From contig CAVSHR010000004.1 in assembly GCA_963727625.1 (NCBI GenBank), forward strand, positions 1 through 64,000: 64,000 nt of DNA, read 5' to 3'. The translations under genes and the position numbers were made by a program. Shown piece by piece: positions 58,682 through 64,000 of this stretch (position 1 is the first letter of the stretch; each line of letters begins with the position of its first letter). Origin of the DNA: an uncultured delta proteobacterium. Lineage in GTDB: Bacteria; Desulfobacterota; Binatia; UBA9968. Under the pieces are notes generated by a model. The model was not told the DNA's origin. It saw nothing but the letters and a program-made list of their open reading frames with translations, and ran no database searches.

Positions 58682-59554
58682 TTAAAACACGTGGCCGGGG
58701 CTTGGAAGAAAATTCGGCACGGAACTGTCGAGCACGCTGGCGAGCGGGGTAAACAAATCACCTCGATACAGAGTCGCCAGCTCCACTTGGCCGAGATGGG
58801 GCGCGGCACGCTCGTGCCGGCTCTCACGGCTGTAATTCGCCTTCATGCCGAACAGAGACAGTAGATAATTCGCGAGTTCAACGCGCGACAACGCCCGTGT
58901 CGCCGCGACATGCCGGACTCCTGTCTCGCTGCTGTCGGCCAACCGCATGACACGATCCGATAGATCGTCGGCCCAAACCACGGAACGAGACTCGTCGTCA
59001 ACGATGGTGACGGGAAGATTTCGTTGCATGCGATAACGCAGCCAGTCCCAATGGCCGGTGCGACCTGTAGGTGACGGGCCGATGGGCAGGCCGACACGAA
59101 TCACCAGTGATCCCGTCCGTTCGAGTACCAGTGCTTCCGCATTCACGCGAGTCCTGCCGTAAACGCTGATCGGACAGGGTGGTGCTGCCTCGTCGTAAAC
59201 GCCGTCGCCGCCGAACACGTGATCGGACGAAACGTAGACGAATCTGGTTTTCGCCGGTAGCGCAGCCAGCACACGGCGCACATGTTCGACGTTGATTTCC
59301 CGCGCCCAGCCCGGCGCCGCTGTGCATTTCGGCACGTCGCAGACGGCGTGGCAATAAAGCAAGACGTCAGGTTGGTAGTGCTCGAACAGCGCGATAGACC
59401 AAGAAGGGTCCGCCAATTTGAGCATTGGCCAATGACACACGCTCTTCGCACGCGACCCCGGTGTGATGAAGGGCAATATCCGCCGTGGAAACATGCGCGC
59501 GAGATTGAAGCCGAGGATCGATGTGGCGCCGAAGAGCAATGTCGATTGAGTCAC
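58682..59554 (-). CDS. RmlD-like extended SDR (dTDP-4-dehydrorhamnose reductase family)
   Basis: FGATSILG, YVSSDHVFGG, P.SVYGRTR (YxxxK replaced by YxxxR). Confidence 0.8.
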   Translation of the reverse strand: MTQSTLLFGATSILGFNLARMFPRRILPFITPGSRAKSVCHWPMLKLADPSWSIALFEHYQPDVLLYCHAVCDVPKCTAAPGWAREINVEHVRRVLAALPAKTRFVYVSSDHVFGGDGVYDEAAPPCPISVYGRTRVNAEALVLERTGSLVIRVGLPIGPSPTGRTGHWDWLRYRMQRNLPVTIVDDESRSVVWADDLSDRVMRLADSSETGVRHVAATRALSRVELANYLLSLFGMKANYSRESRHERAAPHLGQVELATLYRGDLFTPLASVLDSSVPNFLPSPGHVF

Positions 59555-59655
59555 GAGGGATCAGATGCGGGTGGTTGATTGCTACGACGCATAAGCAGTG
59601 TACCGGATGCCCAGACTGAGAACGAAATCAACCGAAGCAAAGGGCCGAGAGGTGA

Positions 59656-59895
59656 TCATGTGTGGCCGTTCCGTCCATTGAGCAGCGCTTTGCCGTTGGC
59701 GGTAAGAGTGACCTGTGGATCTTGGCAGGTTTCATGCCGGTTGACTTGAATATAACCCTCAATCATGGCGTCTTCCCAGATCGTCTGCCGTGGGCAGTGG
59801 CTCTGCCATGCCTCCATCGCCTCGCTGTAGGTCCGTCGCCGCGATGATAGCCAGGAAAGAAGCTCAATCATCAACAAGTTTTCCGATTCAGGCAT
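59656..59895 (-). CDS. Small conserved hypothetical protein
   Basis: LLSWL..RTYSEAMEAWQSHCPRQTIWEDA...VTLTANG; GGAGGG RBS. Confidence 0.65.
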   Translation of the reverse strand: MPESENLLMIELLSWLSSRRRTYSEAMEAWQSHCPRQTIWEDAMIEGYIQVNRHETCQDPQVTLTANGKALLNGRNGHT

Positions 59896-59982
59896 GGTCC
59901 CCTCCGAGACCCTCGACTAACGCTGAATCCGCGCTACGACATTGGTTCAGTAAGATTTGCCGCATATCGGACTGCAGAGAAT

Positions 59983-60050
59983 GATTCCTCGCTTCCGCTC
60001 GGAATGACAACGAAGCGACCGATGCGTCATCTCGAACCAAGTGAGAGATC
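59983..60050. repeat. REP-like dyad element (copy 2)
   Basis: GATTCCTCGCTTCCGCTCGGAATGAC...GTCATCTCGAAC..GTGAGAGATC. Confidence 0.55.
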
Positions 60051-60110
60051 TTTTGCTGACTCAATCTCGACCTGCGCTACTTTACCAAAAGCGCTGCCCG
60101 AGTGTAAATT

Positions 60111-60458
60111 CTACCGGCTTTTGGGCTCGGCGCGCACGTGGAGCTTGGGCGGAGCTTGGTCGAAATATTTGAACAGCGCCGGGCATAGCCAGCCTTCCAT
60201 GTCGAACTGCGGGCAGTGGTACCAGTTGCCGCCGAGTTCTTCGCGGCGCCACTGCAGCTCCACGGTAGAACCCGGAAACGGCGCGGCGGAAAAGAGCAGG
60301 CGAAAGCCGTTGTCGGCGTCCGGTATGAACGCGACTAGGCGGTCGATCATGCTGTCGATGCCGGAGATGAAGGGCTCGCGCACGAGACCGACGGCAGGGT
60401 CGTCGAAGACCCACATGCCTTCATACTTGTAAGGCGCGATCACGCCGATGTTGTTCAT
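60111..60458 (-). CDS. DUF6717-like conserved protein
   Basis: WVFDD..GLVREPF.SG.D, FSA.PFPG, GWLCPALFKYF. Confidence 0.8.
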   Translation of the reverse strand: MNNIGVIAPYKYEGMWVFDDPAVGLVREPFISGIDSMIDRLVAFIPDADNGFRLLFSAAPFPGSTVELQWRREELGGNWYHCPQFDMEGWLCPALFKYFDQAPPKLHVRAEPKSR

Positions 60459-60486
60459 GGGCGGATCAATGCGCCGGCGGCACTGC

Positions 60487-61908
60487 TCAAGATTTCCGGC
60501 CAGCGAAATATTTGCCGTACTTCTCCGACACTTTATGCTTCAATGCGTCACTCGCCGCCGAGGCTTTGGGAAAATCTTTGGCCCACTCGTAGGGTTTTGT
60601 GGCGTCAATGACGGCGCGGGTGCTGAAGCCCTTCTGATCTTTCGGAATAACCGGGTCGAGCGGGCCGCTCCAGGCGCGCCGAATGAAGTCGGTGTCGTTA
60701 GCCGGGTCCGATCTGGTGCACATGGCCCAGAGCACGTCATTCATGTCGTAGGGATCGATATCGTCGTCGACCACCACGACATAGCGGCCGAGATAAGCGC
60801 CTGATTGGCATTGGGCGGCGATCATCGCCGCCTGCTTGGCGTGGCCGGGGTAGCGTTGCTTGATCGACACGGCGGTGAAAAACCTTCCCTGGTAGCAGCC
60901 CACGCCGCGCACGTCGGGCACGCCGGATTTGTCCAGGTGATCCCAGATAAACGCCGAGCGCAGCAGCCCGTCGTCGGCGCCGCCAGGCGGGCGCGATGAT
61001 GGGGCGGCGGTGATGATCGGACTGGTCCGGTGCATCATCCGTTTCACTTTGAGAATCGGCTCACTGCGCTCGCCACTGGCGTAATAGCCGGTCCACTCGC
61101 CGTAAGGACCTTCCCGTTTCTGTTGGTCGGGAAGAACTTCGCCTTCGATGGAGATTTCGGAGTACGCCGGGATCGGCAGGCCGGTGTGTTTGCCGAGTAT
61201 GACGTCGAACGCGTCGCCGCGGATGCCACCGGCGTAGTCGTATTCGGATTTGCCCCAGGGCATGTGATTAGCGGCGGTCATGAGCAAGAGCGGGTCGTCG
61301 CCGAAGCTGATGGCGACGGGAAATGGTTTGCCTTGGTCGAAATACTTTTGGCGCATGATGCGGCCGTGCTTGCCCGGCGAGATATAGAGCGCGAGAGTGT
61401 CGCGGTCGTGCACCATGACGCGATAGCAGCCGAGGTTGACCCAGCCTTCGTCGATATCGCGCGAGATCACGAGGTGTGCCGTGCCGAGGTAACGGCCACC
61501 GTCGTCTTCATGCCACCGCGGCACCGGCAACGAGAGCATATCGATTTCCTTTCCCTCGAAGATGTTCTCCATCACCGGGCCGCTCTCGACGATGCGCGGG
61601 GGAATGAATCTTTGATTGTTGAGCCGATCTTTCCAGGCTTGGATGAACTGGTTGCGGCCGTAGTCAAGCGGCAGGTGAGTCGTGAGACACTGGCGCTTCA
61701 AAGACTGATGATGCACGCCGACAAGCACGCGATGGTCGGCCGGGTAACCTTTGATCTGGTCGAAGAGAATCGCGGGGTAGGGCTCGTTGCGCGCGTAAAC
61801 TTCGGTGATGGCGCCCATTTCGAGATCCCAATCAGCGCCGGGAACGCGAGTAAGCTCGCCGAACCTTTCGACTTCAGTGATCCAACCGCGTAAATCGGAA
61901 TAAAGCAT
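60487..61908 (-). CDS. UbiD-family prFMN-dependent decarboxylase
   Basis: DGGRYLGT, NLGCYR, EISIEG, EGPYGEWTGYY, VDDDIDP. Confidence 0.92.
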   Translation of the reverse strand: MLYSDLRGWITEVERFGELTRVPGADWDLEMGAITEVYARNEPYPAILFDQIKGYPADHRVLVGVHHQSLKRQCLTTHLPLDYGRNQFIQAWKDRLNNQRFIPPRIVESGPVMENIFEGKEIDMLSLPVPRWHEDDGGRYLGTAHLVISRDIDEGWVNLGCYRVMVHDRDTLALYISPGKHGRIMRQKYFDQGKPFPVAISFGDDPLLLMTAANHMPWGKSEYDYAGGIRGDAFDVILGKHTGLPIPAYSEISIEGEVLPDQQKREGPYGEWTGYYASGERSEPILKVKRMMHRTSPIITAAPSSRPPGGADDGLLRSAFIWDHLDKSGVPDVRGVGCYQGRFFTAVSIKQRYPGHAKQAAMIAAQCQSGAYLGRYVVVVDDDIDPYDMNDVLWAMCTRSDPANDTDFIRRAWSGPLDPVIPKDQKGFSTRAVIDATKPYEWAKDFPKASAASDALKHKVSEKYGKYFAGRKS

Positions 61909-62052
61909 CGCTGATCCTTCCGAAAAATGTGAAATCTTCTACCGGTCAACTCCGCCGAGCGATCATTTTTTATAGGGTTTTCAAGATCGAATAGGGGATT
62001 CGTTTCGATCGTCGATTGCCTGGATAGACACCTGTGTCTGTCCTTTTCGGAC

Positions 62053-62078
62053 GGCGACCCCACCGGGTCGCCCCTACA
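62053..62078 (-). repeat. GTAG-type REP sequence
   Basis: Minus strand TGTAGGGGCGACCCGGTGGGGTCGCC: GTAG tetranucleotide followed by a hairpin. Confidence 0.6.
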
Positions 62079-62175
62079 ATATTTGTCAAACCAAATTTGT
62101 CAAACCAAACCGCTGGGGCTCCCTCACTGTTTCGGATGGGCCGGCGCTTGCCTGCGTGAGGCGCAATTGCGGCAC

Positions 62176-62865
62176 TTACAAAGGGGCGCATGGCCATAGG
62201 CTCTCTCGGGCGTTCCTATAGCACTTCCATCCCGAGTTCCAATCCAGATACTCCAGACCGTGGAAGTTCTTCTTATAATCGTAGGAAAACGGCTCGCGAT
62301 AGGCGTAGCCCGGGTAGTAATAACGAAAGCCCTGCCCGCGCGAGAAATGGATCGAATAAAGCATCATCAGAATTCCCAAGCTACGTTTCGCCTCCACCGG
62401 ATCGAAAATGGCGTAAACTGCCGAGGTCGCGTGTTTGCCGATATCGAGAAAAGTCACACCGACGACTCGCTCATTGAGAGATATACAGAGCTCGAGATTG
62501 AGACAGGGCACGGATCCGGGGACGGGCGATAAAAACTCCTTAAGCGACGCTGGAACATTCTCACGAAAGCGCAGGCTGTGTTTGCGAAACAATTCTTCTT
62601 TGGTTTCGTCGATCGTGGACCGCCGCAAGAGCACTTTTGTGTCTCGATTCTTCACCAGCACGCGCTTCTGGCTTCGCGTCAGCGAAACACGACCCAGATC
62701 GATCCTCAACGGCAGAACGTTGAATTGTTTACCGTCGTGCACCGCAGTTCGATAGCGGAAAAAATAGATGCCGAAATGGCGCCACCCCTCGGCCCAGTAT
62801 TGGTCCATTTCGGCAGGAGAAGCTTCCAGGGTGAGTAAGTTTTGGTCGTCGTTTGCTGAATTCAT
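62176..62865 (-). CDS. Bacterial ATE-like aminoacyl-tRNA-protein transferase (Asp/Glu leucyltransferase, Bpt family)
   Basis: GWRHFG, PLRI, SQKR, SAVYAIFDP..KRSLG, YYYPGY, YKKNF. Confidence 0.85.
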   Translation of the reverse strand: MNSANDDQNLLTLEASPAEMDQYWAEGWRHFGIYFFRYRTAVHDGKQFNVLPLRIDLGRVSLTRSQKRVLVKNRDTKVLLRRSTIDETKEELFRKHSLRFRENVPASLKEFLSPVPGSVPCLNLELCISLNERVVGVTFLDIGKHATSAVYAIFDPVEAKRSLGILMMLYSIHFSRGQGFRYYYPGYAYREPFSYDYKKNFHGLEYLDWNSGWKCYRNARESLWPCAPL

Positions 62866-63026
62866 ATTGAGCCATGCATGATACGATTCATGGGCACGAG
62901 GTATTTTACAGATTGAACGATCATGTCGAAAGAGACGCAGGAGCTATTCGGAAGCGGCCTCGGCACAAATCTCGGGAGCCGGGCTTTCGCTGTCGAAATC
63001 GGACGGAGTTTCGCGGAAACAAATAG

Positions 63027-63686
63027 TCATGGATGGCTGCGCACGAAACTCATGATGCGCCCTCGGGGAAACCGTGACTCGGTGCCTGTGAACTGCTGCC
63101 GCCGTTCCGTGCGGGTATAGCCCTGGGCGGACATCTTGGTATTGAACTGGCCACAATACATGCGTCCCGGATCGGTCATGACCACGTGCGCGGCCATCTT
63201 CGTATGACCGGCGAGAAAGGCGGCAAGCAGCGAGGGGTGATCACGCTCATAAAGGATGTCGCTGCCGATGACGAGGTCAAATCGGCCGAGATCGAGATTG
63301 GGCTCCGCCCATGGGGCATTCCAGAACTTTATCGGCGCCAACCCGTTCAATTCCGCGTTGTAGCGCAGGAACTCTTCCGCCAGAGGATGATAGTCGCTGG
63401 CCGTGATATTCGCGCCGCGCCGCTGCAGTACCAAACTGCTAAGGCCGATGCCGCAGCCGACCTCAAGAATGCTCTTTCCGTCGACGGTAAACCGACTCAT
63501 CTCCTGCGCTAGGGCGATCCCTGCGGGCCAGACGACACCGAACATCGGCCAAGACGCCGAAGAAATACCGGCCCGATCGGCACTGCCGTCAGGGTCCCAG
63601 AACTGTTGCCGGTCGCGCAGTGAACGGATGTGGTAATGGTCGTTGCCGATTCGGTGCGTGACGGTCTCGACCGAGTAACCCGGCAT
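63027..63686 (-). CDS. Class I SAM-dependent methyltransferase (Methyltransf_16-like)
   Basis: WPMFGVVWP, ILEVGCGIGL, ASDYH, GSDILYE, DPGR. Confidence 0.88.
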   Translation of the reverse strand: MPGYSVETVTHRIGNDHYHIRSLRDRQQFWDPDGSADRAGISSASWPMFGVVWPAGIALAQEMSRFTVDGKSILEVGCGIGLSSLVLQRRGANITASDYHPLAEEFLRYNAELNGLAPIKFWNAPWAEPNLDLGRFDLVIGSDILYERDHPSLLAAFLAGHTKMAAHVVMTDPGRMYCGQFNTKMSAQGYTRTERRQQFTGTESRFPRGRIMSFVRSHP

Positions 63687-64000
63687 GGAAGAATCTCCTT
63701 CGGCGTCTTTCAAGGGACGCTCTGCTTTGGGTGGAGATGTGTTGATAAAAATTTCGTTTCGGCGATGCAATTCGACTTCTTCGAGCAACTCGTTGACGCT
63801 AAGATCCAGGGCATCGTCGCGGCGCTTTCGCCGATATGGAAATGCTCAACGTTGGATCAGATAAAGGAGTTGCAAGAAATCCACCGGGCCGAATGTATCG
63901 GCCATCGCCAAAAGGCCGGCTCGTGGATTTCATGTTCAGTGAGCTGCTCAATAGGGTCGTGACCGACTGTGAGTATGGCACGCCGATGCAGCCGGGTAAA

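Noticed and set aside
63690-64000. Possible partial gene at the right edge
   Set aside because: All minus-strand frames contain stops and no motif was recognised.

Overview
GC-rich bacterial genomic window. The many orphan NMT1/SsuA-type solute-binding proteins, UbiD and amidohydrolase paralogs and GTTCAA-type intergenic repeats suggest a Candidatus Binatia/deltaproteobacterium-like soil organism (inference only). The left ~11.6 kb is accessory. It holds a RAYT transposase start, a 5'-truncated frameshifting IS630, and a 199-bp MITE with TIRs and a 5-bp TSD. Next comes a co-oriented minus-strand cluster (papain-like C1 protease > coiled-coil lipoprotein > 48-aa microprotein > membrane/IPT protein > peptidoglycan amidase > Zn-ribbon SIR2), a divergent LysR, and two tandem caspase-like (C14) proteases, one fused to an alpha/beta-hydrolase. 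This block is the best candidate for an undescribed conflict or cell-envelope/cell-death system. The rest is mostly metabolism and transport: modABC with a regulator, MetE-like protein, TAXI SBP, S1/P1 nuclease, MFS/EamA transporters, two UbiD decarboxylases, class I fumarase, a Mo/W-bisPGD oxidoreductase that appears to start at ATC, an ECF-sigma/ogt operon, an orphan CpaF and Bpt. The ORF track misses a UGA-recoded selenoprotein (UxxC plus SECIS-like hairpin), a structured non-coding element at ~16.7-16.9 kb, small proteins and several gene remnants. No rRNA, tRNA or CRISPR array was recognised. All family assignments come from motif recognition by eye; no database searches were run.
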